Source: a cyanobacterium endosymbiont of Rhopalodia gibba
Lineage (GTDB): Bacteria; Cyanobacteriota; Cyanobacteriia; Cyanobacteriales; Microcystaceae
Length of the DNA stretch: 64,000 nt
Direction: 5' to 3'
Assembly: GCA_045159875.1 (NCBI GenBank)
Contig: CP067995.1
Location: 1,248,001 to 1,312,000, forward strand
Part shown: piece after piece, positions 25,085 through 35,481 of the stretch
Layout of the letters: each line of letters opens with the position of its first letter
Numbering within the stretch: position 1 is the first letter of the stretch
The notes under the pieces: generated by a model
What the model was told of the DNA's origin: nothing
Database searches by the model: none
Seen by the model: only the letters and a program-made list of their open reading frames with translations
Translations under genes and position numbers: made by a program

Positions 25085-25300
25085 CTACAGCCAATTATTG
25101 CCTTTTAAGTTAACTCCAGGGAATAAAGATGATCGTAAACTTGTTTTTGAGTTAAGTCCAGGTTTAATGGAAAAATTATTTGGAAATCCAAGATACATTG
25201 CTCAAGAACTCTTTGAAGACTCTATCAACGAAGATGAAGCAAAAGTTAGTGAAACTGAATTAATAGAATTGTACTTCGTAAGTGTTATTTGATCAAAACG
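25085..25300 (+). mobile_element. IS982-family transposase fragment
   Basis: FKLTPGNKDDRKLV...KLFGNPRYIAQELFE resembles the IS982 DDE segment (LTPGNVDDR...KLFGDRGYISQ). Confidence 0.7.
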
Positions 25301-25394
25301 GTTAAGGATTCAGAATAGTTAGTAAAATTTTGGCAGATTAGTGCAATGTTGTTTTTCTTAGACTTACCAACTCATTGCCAGTTAAATTTAGAGC

Positions 25395-25431
25395 ATTACT
25401 AGTTAGAATTCAGAGAATTCTAACTAGTAAT
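25395..25431 (-). terminator. 17-bp perfect hairpin just after the pgsA stop
   Basis: ATTACTAGTTAGAATTC-aga-GAATTCTAACTAGTAAT, 13 nt from the pgsA stop; terminator role is inferred. Confidence 0.6.
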
Positions 25432-25444
25432 TTTTGCCTTATTT

Positions 25445-26011
25445 CTAAGATTCGTCTTTTCCAAAGATTGGGTGAGATAACTCAGTTTTTGATAATATTT
25501 GTGGTGACAAATAGCTAACTCCAGAAATTAATGTTAGAACGACAGCAACCCAAAATACAATCGAGCACAGAGTATTCCACTGAGGACTAAGAGGAGCAAT
25601 TAATATAGCAATGGCTATTATTTGGCTGACAGTCTTGAATTTACCCCACCAATTTGCCTCTTGAACTTTTCTATTTTGAATCAAACTTGGATTGACTCGC
25701 CAGCTAGTAATTGCCAATTCCCGGACCATAATCAAAAAAACTCCCCAAGAGGGAACCTTTTCTAATTCAATTAGACTTAATAACGGGGCGAGAACTAATA
25801 ATTTATCTACTAAGGGATCAAGAAACTTTCCTAATTCTGTAACTTGATTTAATCGCCTTGCTAAGTAGCCGTCTAACCAGTCTGTCCCTGCTGATCCTAA
25901 AAAAATTGCTACGCTAATCCAGCGATGAGATGGGGTAGGATCATGCAAGAAATAAAATATAAATGGCAATCCCAATAAACGCGATAACGTAACTAAGGTG
26001 GGGAGATTCAT
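25445..26011 (-). CDS. pgsA: CDP-diacylglycerol--glycerol-3-phosphate 3-phosphatidyltransferase
   Basis: MNLPTLVTLSR and CDP-alcohol phosphotransferase motif TDWLDGYLAR...GKFLDPLVDKLLV. Confidence 0.95.
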   Translation of the reverse strand: MNLPTLVTLSRLLGLPFIFYFLHDPTPSHRWISVAIFLGSAGTDWLDGYLARRLNQVTELGKFLDPLVDKLLVLAPLLSLIELEKVPSWGVFLIMVRELAITSWRVNPSLIQNRKVQEANWWGKFKTVSQIIAIAILIAPLSPQWNTLCSIVFWVAVVLTLISGVSYLSPQILSKTELSHPIFGKDES

Positions 26012-26078
26012 ATTTATTTGGCAAGCATTTTTAACTGAATTACGGAAACCTAACAAATAAATTATTAAAGTTATTCAC

Positions 26079-26672
26079 CTAACTTAGGCTACTTTGCTTT
26101 TCATTAGCGATTAACTTAGCAGCCAAGACTCCGCCGAGAAACCCAAATAGATGGCCTTCCCAAGAAATTCCAGGGTGAAAAGGTAACATTCCTAACACTA
26201 ACCCACCATAGAGAAAACTCACAATAACGGACAGAAAAATTGAGACGAAGTTCCGTTGAAAATATCCTCGTAATAGCAAAAATCCCAAATAACCAAAAAT
26301 AAGGATACTAGCCCCAATATGAACTGAACCAGGAACCCCAAATAACCAAACCCCAAAACCCCCTACTATCATCGTTAGTAAAGTAACAATCCAAAAATCA
26401 CTGATTTCTTGTAACATCACAAACCAGCTTAAAACGACAAAAGGAATGGTGTTGGCAACTAAATGACCTAATCCGCCATGCAGAAACGGAGCAAACAAAA
26501 TTCCTCTTAATCCAATTAATTTATGGGGAATAATGCCAAATTTATCTAAATCTCCCTTAAAAATTAACAGATCTAAAAGTTCTGAAACCCAAAAAACACT
26601 AATAAATCTTCCTAAGATACTAACACGGTTTTTTATTTTATAGGAGATACTATTATTTTTGCGGTAATTCAT
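26079..26672 (-). CDS. Rhomboid-family intramembrane serine protease
   Basis: PFLHGG..HL..N, HIGAS, ISWEGHLFG. Confidence 0.92.
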   Translation of the reverse strand: MNYRKNNSISYKIKNRVSILGRFISVFWVSELLDLLIFKGDLDKFGIIPHKLIGLRGILFAPFLHGGLGHLVANTIPFVVLSWFVMLQEISDFWIVTLLTMIVGGFGVWLFGVPGSVHIGASILIFGYLGFLLLRGYFQRNFVSIFLSVIVSFLYGGLVLGMLPFHPGISWEGHLFGFLGGVLAAKLIANEKQSSLS

Positions 26673-26800
26673 GGAGTTTATATTTGAGGAAGTTTTCGCT
26701 TTAAGTCAACTTTAATCTGACCACGCTAAGGTATATTAACGATCATATATTCTAAAATCAAAGTTTTAGTCTAAAACCATTGATTAAATTGCAAAAAACT

Positions 26801-27166
26801 ATGGAATTCATTGAAATAACTAAAATTAGGTCCTACGGCTACACGGGATATCTGCCAGAAGAACAGGTATTAGGTCAGTGGTTTGAAGTTGATCTAATCA
26901 TAGGACTTGATCTAACCTCCGCCGGAAACAGCGATCGAATTAAAGACACATTGGATTATCGTCAAGTGATTGCCATAGTTAAACGTCTCATTGTTACCCA
27001 AAAATTTGCCCTGGTTGAAAAACTGGCTGAAGTGATCGCTCAAGAAATATTAATCTTGAACAAGGTTCAACAGGTTAGAGTTCGTTTGAGTAAACTAGCG
27101 GCCCCTATTGCTGATTATAGAGGAAAGATTACCATTGATATAACAAAAAAACGAGAAAACTTCTAA
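26801..27166 (+). CDS. folB: Dihydroneopterin aldolase
   Basis: YGYTGYLPEEQVLGQWFEVD, SD.IKDTLDY, LVEKLAE. Confidence 0.93.
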   Translation: MEFIEITKIRSYGYTGYLPEEQVLGQWFEVDLIIGLDLTSAGNSDRIKDTLDYRQVIAIVKRLIVTQKFALVEKLAEVIAQEILILNKVQQVRVRLSKLAAPIADYRGKITIDITKKRENF

Positions 27167-27252
27167 ATTTTGACCTTGGTTAGTAAGGCCAAGTATAAAT
27201 ATCGAGTTTAATCATAAATCTGCAAAAATATTGGTCTTTAGGGAAAAAGTCA

Positions 27253-27700
27253 ATGGCACAATAGCCATATTTTTCTGTCCAAAAATGTCTAATTATGTCA
27301 AAAATTACAACAATTTTTCAGAAGGAGATTCAATAAATTTCTAATAAACTACTGAGTTTTTGTCAATATGAGGATAATCTCCTGAACTTTCAACCAGATG
27401 CAGTGACAACAAGACCTGTAATGTTAATAACAAGGGACTATAAAAAATAGGTTAGTTCTACTCTCAATAGTAATTTGAAATATTTTCTCTTTTAAATAAC
27501 TTTCTACACTATTGGAAGACAATGACCTAGAAAGTTAAGGTCTGGGAATTCAAACAAGTTGGAATGACTATGTGGCAATATTTCAATCAGTTGTCTTTTG
27601 AGCATAAAACATCAACGGTCTGGAGACTTATTTGTTTCTGATATTCCTAGAAAATCTTCTTACTAAAAAAATGTTTAAAAAACATAGCTCATCTCTGGAG
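27253..27700 (+). pseudogene. Probable pseudogene of a cyanobacterial hypothetical protein
   Basis: MAQ*PYFSVQKCLIMSKITT... and MWQYFNQ...KIFLLKKCL fragments separated by stops. Confidence 0.35.
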
Positions 27701-27743
27701 AGATTATACTCAATAAAGAGTTTTCTTTAGATAGAGTTCTTGT

Positions 27744-28358
27744 ATGAGTGTTGAGTCTGAAATTAGACGATTATTGGATCTTATGCCAGCTTCTGGGCGA
27801 ATGTTAACCAAAATTATTAGCAAACCTCAACAGTCAAAGGTAATTGATGCGCCATTTTCTCCTCCCTGGAATCGAAATAGCCGTCCCATATATATTAACT
27901 TTGATTTATGGTGGCAATTACCAAAAGGACAACGAGATTTACTACTTTTAAGAGCAACTGCCAGTTTAATTGGAATTAAATGGCTTAAGCCTAATTTATA
28001 TCAAGGAATCACCGCAGCCGGATTAGTAGGACTGACAGTTCAAACGGCTCAAGGGGATATTTTAGGAATGATAGCTTCTGGAGGATTAACCGCGATCTCC
28101 ACCTACCAAATTTGGCGTAGTAATCTAAGTGTGCAACGGGAACTCGATGCTGATGAAGAAGCCATTAAAGTTGCTTTTAGACGAGGATATAATTCAGTGG
28201 AAGCCTCAAAAAATCTCCTTGACGGGATTGAAGTATCTTCCCAATTAGAAGGGCGTTTTAGTCTCAGTTTTACGGAGTTAATTCGTTGCCAAAATCTCAA
28301 AAAACTCGCAAATATCTCCCCGATTGGCGTTCCTGATATAGTAAAAGCAAGAGAATGA
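27744..28358 (+). CDS. DUF3318-like cyanobacterial protein
   Basis: EIRRLLDLMPASGRM...IYINFDLW...ELDADEEAI...ELIRCQNL. Confidence 0.8.
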   Translation: MSVESEIRRLLDLMPASGRMLTKIISKPQQSKVIDAPFSPPWNRNSRPIYINFDLWWQLPKGQRDLLLLRATASLIGIKWLKPNLYQGITAAGLVGLTVQTAQGDILGMIASGGLTAISTYQIWRSNLSVQRELDADEEAIKVAFRRGYNSVEASKNLLDGIEVSSQLEGRFSLSFTELIRCQNLKKLANISPIGVPDIVKARE

Positions 28359-28719
28359 TTAGTTACAATCAATTGCTCCATATATAAATTGAGGCTACTC
28401 AATTGAGCAGATAATTTTGTTTAAGACTTGATAATAAACTAAGCTTTATTTTACTAGGTCTAGAAACTTTTACCTCGGTTTTCTTTGACTGAATCATTGC
28501 GAGTCAATTAGTATTGCATTCTGATAATTAGATGAAAAATTACTAAAATACTTTAAAAAATATAAAACTGTATATTTTCACTGAAAACTTTAATTATGAA
28601 AATTTAATAACAAAAAAGTTTTTTATGAAACTAATTCTAAAGATTAACTAGTTTTACATCGATCATTAATTAAGATTAATAAGTTATATTGATAAAATCA
28701 CGTTATTAAGTAACTGTTA

Positions 28720-28884
28720 ATGAATTCAGGAAAAATCGTCGCTATTATCACAGGAGCAGTTTCTATTCTTTTAGCGATTGCTTATCTTATCCTAGTACAA
28801 TTACTAGACATCAGAGGAGAAATGATTCCCGTCTCAAGCTTCAATAATCAACAGATATCAATTTATAAAATTGTCAGTAATTAG
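28720..28884 (+). CDS. Small single-pass membrane protein (54 aa), absent from the ORF track
   Basis: MNSGKIVAIITGAVSILLAIAYLILVQLLDIRGEMIPV...; open frame matching a conserved cyanobacterial small-protein pattern (LVQLLD.RGEM.P). Confidence 0.75.
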   Translation: MNSGKIVAIITGAVSILLAIAYLILVQLLDIRGEMIPVSSFNNQQISIYKIVSN

Positions 28885-29035
28885 ATCAATAATTTTGAAG
28901 TTTTGGATGAACAAGCTAGAATTATTTAGTAGTTATTAGATAGACTAAGTTAAAGTAATAGAAAACTATCTATCTAAGAAAATACCACCGATAATTCCTA
29001 GAATTATCGAAAATTATCCAATGATAAGGATTTGA

Positions 29036-32000
29036 ATGATTCCCCTTGAACTTACCCTAAAAAACTTTCTTAGCTATCGAGAAGCCACTCTAGATTTTCG
29101 AGGGTTACATACAGCCTGTATCTGTGGTGCAAATGGCGCAGGAAAATCATCTTTACTCGAAGCAATTATCTGGGTTATTTGGGGTAAAAGTCGCGCCGTA
29201 ATTGATGATGATGTTATTTATACAGGATGTAACTATGTGCGAGTTGATTTTCAATTTATTAGTAATCAAGAAGTTTATCGAATCATCCGTAATCGTAATC
29301 GAGGACGTAGTAGTGAGCTAGAATTTCAGATAAAAAGTTCAGGAGAATTTCGTTCATTGACTAGCAAAAGAACACGAGCTACTCAAGAAAAAGTAGTTTC
29401 CTCCTTAAAACTGGATTATGAAACGTTTATTAATTCAGCATATTTACGTCAAGGAAGAGCTGATGAATTTATGCTACGTCGTCCAACAGAACGGAAACAA
29501 ATATTAGCAGATTTATTAAAACTGGAACAGTATCAAGAATTATCTAATCGAGCTAAGGATATATCTAAACAATATCAGGGACAAGCTCAACAAATTGAAT
29601 TTAGTCTAGTACCTATAAAAGAAAACCTAGAAAAGAGAAAAGATATTAAAGAACAACAAGTAATTCTAGCAGAACGAATACAAAAACTTAAATTTAATCA
29701 AGAAAATCAAAAAATTGAGCTTCAGCAACTTCAAGGAGAAGAACAGCAGAGAAAAACTTGGTCTAACCAATTAGATTGGAAAGAACAACAATATAAGAAA
29801 CTAGCAGAAGACAAACAAAGATTGCAAAAGGAAAAGGATGAAATTAATCAACAACTGTATCGTCTTATAACAATTACCAATCAAGAAGATAATATTATTG
29901 AAGGTTATCAGCAATTATCAGAATTACAAAAAGAAGAAAAAAGTTTATCTCTTAAGTTTGAAGTTCATCAAGATAAAACTAAAAGACAACAATTGTTAAT
30001 CCACAAGCTAAATAAAAAACATAATGTAATTGAGTTACAAATTCATCAAGCCCAAACTCAATTAGATATATTAGAGCAAGAGGAAAAAGAACTGCAGTAT
30101 ATTCTGAAGAATTCTGATGAAGTCAAAACTACTTTACAACATCTATATAATCATCGTAGACACTTATATGAATTAGATAAGTTACAGCATAAAGTTGCAA
30201 CAATTAAACAAAAATACTACAATTTACAATCTGAAATTGAACAAGTTAAGGCTAGTTTAAAAGCCCAGCTAGAACAGCTTTATATTGCTGAAACTGATTG
30301 TTTAAATCAAGTCGAGAAGATTCCCGAAATACGGAAATCTTCATTAGAAATTTATACTAAGATACAAAATCTTAATAATAAAAAAGTTTATCAAAAACAA
30401 GTGGAAGAAAAAGGTCAACAACAAAGGGAGTATCAAGAAAGGCTCAGGGAAAATCAGCGTATTCTAAAAGAAAAAATCGAAAAATTAAAACAAAAACTAC
30501 AAAAACTAACCCTCCCAAATTCAACTTGTCCTCTATGTGAACAACCATTAAATGAAACTCATCTTAATCATGTCATTAGTAAAACTCAATTACAAGAACA
30601 AGAAATTAAAGATAAAGTTTTTATATTACAGGAACATATATCCCTTGTAGAAAAAGAATTAAAAACACTGCGAGAAGAATATATTCAATTAAATAAAGAC
30701 TTAGCTGCTTATCCTTTATTACAGAAAAAGTTTGGACAATTAGAAGCACAACTAGAAACTGTTGAAGCAGTCAATTTTAAACTTAAACAAGTTAGAGATA
30801 AAATCAAAGAAATTGAACAAATATTAACCCAAAATAACTATGCTGTAGATTTACAATCTGAACTTAATACTCTAAATCAAGAATTAAAACATCTTAATTA
30901 TGACGAGCAAACCCATGCTTTAGTTAGAGGAGAAATCGAACGATTGCGTAATGCAGAAGTTAGACAAGCTAAACTAGAAGATGCAAATCGCCGTCAGTTA
31001 ATTATTTCACAACAAAAACCCCAACTTATTCAAAAAATATCTGTTCTTAAGCAAGATATCAAAGACTTGTATCAAACCTCAAAAATCAAACAGGAAATTG
31101 AGGAAATAGAACAATCAATTCAAAATTTAGGCTATAAAAATTCGGATCACCAGAAATTACTAAAGTCTCTTCGCGAGTCCCAGTCTTGGGAACTAAAATT
31201 ACAAGAATTGCAACAAGCAAAACAACAATATCCCCAATTACAAAAACGGTTAGAAATTGTAGAAATACGATTAAGCGATAACCTAACTGAACAGGAGAAA
31301 ATTAAACAAGAAATTGATATCTTATCTTTTAAGATAAAAACTACAGTGGATAAAAGAGAAGTAATTGCTGCTCTAGAAAAAAGTATTCAAAGTCAACGAC
31401 AAAAATTAGATGAGTTATTAGCAAACCGAGGAAAATTAGAACAATCTATTTCTCAATTAGAAAGCGTTAAACAACAATATACTGATAATAAAAAACAGCT
31501 TAAAGATATTCAGAGGAAATATCGTGTTTACACAGAATTAACTAGAGCGTTTGGAAAAAACGGCATCCAAGCACTAATGATTGAAAATATTTTACCTCAA
31601 TTGGAAGCTGAAACTAATCAAATTCTTGCTCGATTAACGGATAATCAACTTCATATTCAATTCTTTACTCAAAGACAAGGACGTAGTGGTAGTTCTCGAA
31701 AGAGAACTACAAAAGTTATTGACACTTTAGACATTTTAATTTCTGATTCTCAAGGAACTCGTTCATATGAAACTTATTCTGGTGGAGAGGCATTTAGAAT
31801 TAATTTTTCTATTCGTTTAGCTTTAGCGAAATTACTAGCACAACAGGCAGGAACTTCTCTACAGATGCTCATCATTGATGAAGGATTTGGAACCCAAGAC
31901 GCTCAAGGTTGTGAGCAATTAATCGCTGCAATTAATGCTATTGCTTCAGACTTTTCTTGTATTTTAATTGTCACTCACATGTCACGATTTAAAGAAGCTT

Positions 32001-32062
32001 TTCAATGTCGTATTGAAGTATATAAAGACAATCAAGGATCGCAATTAGAGTTAGTTAGTTGA
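29036..32062 (+). CDS. sbcC: SbcC / Rad50-like SMC ATPase
   Basis: Walker A GANGAGKSS, long coiled coil with central CPLC zinc hook, signature YSGGE, Walker B IIDEGFGTQD. Confidence 0.95.
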   Translation: MIPLELTLKNFLSYREATLDFRGLHTACICGANGAGKSSLLEAIIWVIWGKSRAVIDDDVIYTGCNYVRVDFQFISNQEVYRIIRNRNRGRSSELEFQIKSSGEFRSLTSKRTRATQEKVVSSLKLDYETFINSAYLRQGRADEFMLRRPTERKQILADLLKLEQYQELSNRAKDISKQYQGQAQQIEFSLVPIKENLEKRKDIKEQQVILAERIQKLKFNQENQKIELQQLQGEEQQRKTWSNQLDWKEQQYKKLAEDKQRLQKEKDEINQQLYRLITITNQEDNIIEGYQQLSELQKEEKSLSLKFEVHQDKTKRQQLLIHKLNKKHNVIELQIHQAQTQLDILEQEEKELQYILKNSDEVKTTLQHLYNHRRHLYELDKLQHKVATIKQKYYNLQSEIEQVKASLKAQLEQLYIAETDCLNQVEKIPEIRKSSLEIYTKIQNLNNKKVYQKQVEEKGQQQREYQERLRENQRILKEKIEKLKQKLQKLTLPNSTCPLCEQPLNETHLNHVISKTQLQEQEIKDKVFILQEHISLVEKELKTLREEYIQLNKDLAAYPLLQKKFGQLEAQLETVEAVNFKLKQVRDKIKEIEQILTQNNYAVDLQSELNTLNQELKHLNYDEQTHALVRGEIERLRNAEVRQAKLEDANRRQLIISQQKPQLIQKISVLKQDIKDLYQTSKIKQEIEEIEQSIQNLGYKNSDHQKLLKSLRESQSWELKLQELQQAKQQYPQLQKRLEIVEIRLSDNLTEQEKIKQEIDILSFKIKTTVDKREVIAALEKSIQSQRQKLDELLANRGKLEQSISQLESVKQQYTDNKKQLKDIQRKYRVYTELTRAFGKNGIQALMIENILPQLEAETNQILARLTDNQLHIQFFTQRQGRSGSSRKRTTKVIDTLDILISDSQGTRSYETYSGGEAFRINFSIRLALAKLLAQQAGTSLQMLIIDEGFGTQDAQGCEQLIAAINAIASDFSCILIVTHMSRFKEAFQCRIEVYKDNQGSQLELVS

Positions 32063-32108
32063 GTAAGTAAATATAAATAAATATTAAAAGAGTAAATTAT
32101 GTTGTATC

Positions 32109-32140
32109 TATATATTTAACTTTAAAAAGTTAAATATATA
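32109..32140. repeat. Perfect inverted repeat, 15-bp arms, downstream of sbcC (possible terminator)
   Basis: TATATATTTAACTTT-aa-AAAGTTAAATATATA. Confidence 0.8.
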
Positions 32141-33581
32141 TTGCTTTAATTTATATTTTTTAGAGTAACTTTTTTTGATAAATACGGTTCTACTGAACTA
32201 CTAATATAGAATGAACTAGTTAAATACCAATTTAAGAAACTTCAGAGTTAAAAATCAGCGAAATGTCTGAATCCATAAGCTCTTCTTTTAATTTACTTAA
32301 ATTTATTGTTGATATCTTCTAATATTCCTTGCTCAAAAAGATAATATTTTGTCTAATTTAAAATCTCTTTAACAGCTTTTTATTTGTAATGAACAAGTTT
32401 TTTCTACACCGGTCAGTTAATTTTTATAGTCTTGATACCTAGTCTGAATCTTTTTCAAAAATTGTTTTAAATTCTTCTTGTAATTGGTGCATCTCTTAGA
32501 TACTGGTTATATTTTACAAGTACAGTTTAACTTATTTATTTTTTGACCTAATTTTTTTTCAATAAATAAAATATATTTACTATTATTTGATTCTAGATTT
32601 GTTTAATCTTAACTTTATTTTTTAGTTCTATAGCTTGTGATTTAAAAGTTGTTTAATTATCTAATGAAAATTGACTTATTTGATGGGATAAGATGTATTT
32701 ACTGCTACTTAAGTTTATGACATTAATCTATTCATATAGATATAATTTTATAAAATAAAATCTAGAGAAATTTATTTAATCTTCTTCAAAATTTATTTTT
32801 CAATTATCATCATCATTCCTTTATGTAAATCTACTAACACTACATAATAATAAATATAGTTATAAAAACTAACTCATAATAATATGCTAATAGTCTAGAT
32901 ATAAATGATGTATAGAAAATATCATTTAGTTCCACGTTTTAGTTAACTGTAATCAAAAAAATATTGCTTTCTTTTTAAAGAATCTTGTAAATGGACTATA
33001 AAAAAAATTTCTTTTACTATAATTAAGGTTGATTCTTATAACAAGAAAATCTTAAATTATTTAGTTTTACAATTTTCTTGCTATAAGCATTTAAAATAAA
33101 TAGGCTGACAAATTAGCTCACAAATTAAAATTTAAGACCAGCAGATGGATAAACATAAACATAACCGAAGTAGTCTGTTCTATAGGAAAAGAAAATGATA
33201 TTTTTTGAAAAAGTTGAGTAGATAATTGTTAGTTATTATCAGTTCTTTCATTCTTTTTGAAGCTCTCCCTCTTAAGATATTTTATATCTTTTTCTTGCCA
33301 AATTATTTTTTTTTACTTCTCGGATAATCCAACAATTCTTCTTTTACTTTAATAATCGCTCCAGTAATTGTTCTTTTAAAAGATATTTTCTGATATATCT
33401 ATCAAATCTGCAATTTTTTTACTCTTCCATCCTCTTTAATTTAAAAATAAAAATATCTCTACTGATTATTTGTAGCAAACCTAAAGGAAATTTTATATAT
33501 AAAGTTACAAGGCTTCTTTATCTTATTCAATCATTTAGAAAAATAAGATAAATATACTAATTATTCTTAAAGTAAAAAGAC

Positions 33582-35075
33582 TCACACTTTTGCTTCTTCG
33601 AGAAGGAGCTTAGAGCGCTTAATTATTTTGGGAATGCTAACAGGATAGTCTCCGGTAAAACAAGCAGAACAGAAACTATTGGGATCCTCTCCCGTTACTT
33701 CTAACATTCCTTTCCAACTCAGATAAGCCAAAGAATCTACTCCTATTTGTCTTGCAATATCAGCAATAGATTTGGTGGCTGCCACTAGCTGAGTTTGGTT
33801 GTCAGTATCAATGCCATAAAAACATGGATGAGTAACAGGTGCGGAAGAAATCCTCATATGTATTTCTTTAGCACCAGCATCACGCAAGGCTTCGACGATT
33901 TTACAACTGGTAGTTCCTCGTACAATAGAATCATCTACTATGATCACTCGTTTGTTTGCAAGTACATCTTTAAGGGGATTCAACTTCATTTTAATCCCTG
34001 CCTCTCGCATCTGTTGAGTGGGTTCGATAAACGTTCTTCCTACATAACGATTTTTTATTAATCCTTCCGCGTAAGGAATTCCTGATACTTGGGAAAATCC
34101 AATAGCTGCCGGAATACCAGAATCAGGAACTCCCATTACTAAATCAGCTTCAACAATAGATTCTCGCGCCAAATGTTGCCCTAAACGGACCCTATAACTG
34201 TACAAAGTTTCACCGTGCATTATGCTATCAGGACGGGAAAAATAAATCATTTCAAAAATACATAATTTCCGTTTCGGTTGAGTTACCCAGTGGAAAGATG
34301 ATAAACCATTTTCAGTAATCCAAACTAATTCTCCTGGTTCTACATCCCGTAGATAGTCTGCTCCAATAATGTCCAGAGCACAAGTTTCTGAGGCAAGGAC
34401 ATAACGAACAGGATCTCCTTCTAAAGTACCGATAACTAAAGGACGGATACCGTTAGGATCTCTTACCCCCATTAATCCCGCTGGAGTTCCAATAGCTAAG
34501 CTATAGGCTCCAGAACACAGTTGAAACGAACTAATAGCTGCTTCTAACCAGTCTTTTCCCTCATTAACTTCTTGGGTAATTGCCACTGCAATCATCTCTG
34601 AATCGGTGCTAGTATCAAAGTGTCCGCCTTTTTTTTTTAGTATCTGACGTAACTCTAGAGTGTTAACAAGGTTGCCGTTGTGCGCTAGAGCTAAATGACC
34701 TAGACGGGTGTTGAGAACAGTAGGTTGAGCGTTAGCCTTTTGACTAGATCCTGTAGTTGAATAGCGGGTGTGTCCAACGGCTATTTTTCCAGTTAATTTA
34801 TTTAAAGTAGATTCCTTAAAAACTTGGGAGACTAACCCCATGTCCTTGTGAATGTGAATACTATCCTCATCTAAAGTAGCAATTCCGGCTGATTCTTGTC
34901 CTCGATGTTGCAGGGCATAAAGTCCAAAATATGTTAGTTTTGCAACAATTTTTTCGGGGGCATAAAGTCCAAAAACGCCACAGGCTTCTTCTGGTTTTCC
35001 AGGGGGTCGATAGAGAGGGTTAATGGTATCAGTCAGTTGCTGATGAGCATTAAGAATCTGATCGTTAGCAGTCAT
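33582..35075 (-). CDS. purF: Amidophosphoribosyltransferase
   Basis: EEACGVFG, LQHRGQESAG, GHTRYST, PRPP loop VDDSIVRGTT, CSACFTGDY. Confidence 0.98.
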   Translation of the reverse strand: MTANDQILNAHQQLTDTINPLYRPPGKPEEACGVFGLYAPEKIVAKLTYFGLYALQHRGQESAGIATLDEDSIHIHKDMGLVSQVFKESTLNKLTGKIAVGHTRYSTTGSSQKANAQPTVLNTRLGHLALAHNGNLVNTLELRQILKKKGGHFDTSTDSEMIAVAITQEVNEGKDWLEAAISSFQLCSGAYSLAIGTPAGLMGVRDPNGIRPLVIGTLEGDPVRYVLASETCALDIIGADYLRDVEPGELVWITENGLSSFHWVTQPKRKLCIFEMIYFSRPDSIMHGETLYSYRVRLGQHLARESIVEADLVMGVPDSGIPAAIGFSQVSGIPYAEGLIKNRYVGRTFIEPTQQMREAGIKMKLNPLKDVLANKRVIIVDDSIVRGTTSCKIVEALRDAGAKEIHMRISSAPVTHPCFYGIDTDNQTQLVAATKSIADIARQIGVDSLAYLSWKGMLEVTGEDPNSFCSACFTGDYPVSIPKIIKRSKLLLEEAKV

Positions 35076-35481
35076 GGATAAGATTTTGCTCCTGAAAGAG
35101 GCGGTCTGGCAATTTTAGATGAAATCGGTCTAGTTAAAAATATATAGACATACTTTAACAGCTTTTTAACCTAAGTATTACCAAAATTTTTATCTAAGGT
35201 TAAACAATTATAAGGTGTAGCCCTCTAATTTGTATAGATCAGTAATACTGATTTAAATTGTTTTTCACTTAAAATTAACATTGGATACTTGAACAGGTCG
35301 ATTAGATTTTTACAAGAACCATTGTAATGTTAGTCAAAAATCTGTCGTTAACTGTACTTATGCATATTTTTTTTATCTTTATAAGATTTAATTAATGAGA
35401 AGGAGAACACTAAGCTTTGTTTAAACATAAAAAAATAAAAGTATAAATATCTGTCGGAGAAGTTTAGACTTTGATTTAAGT

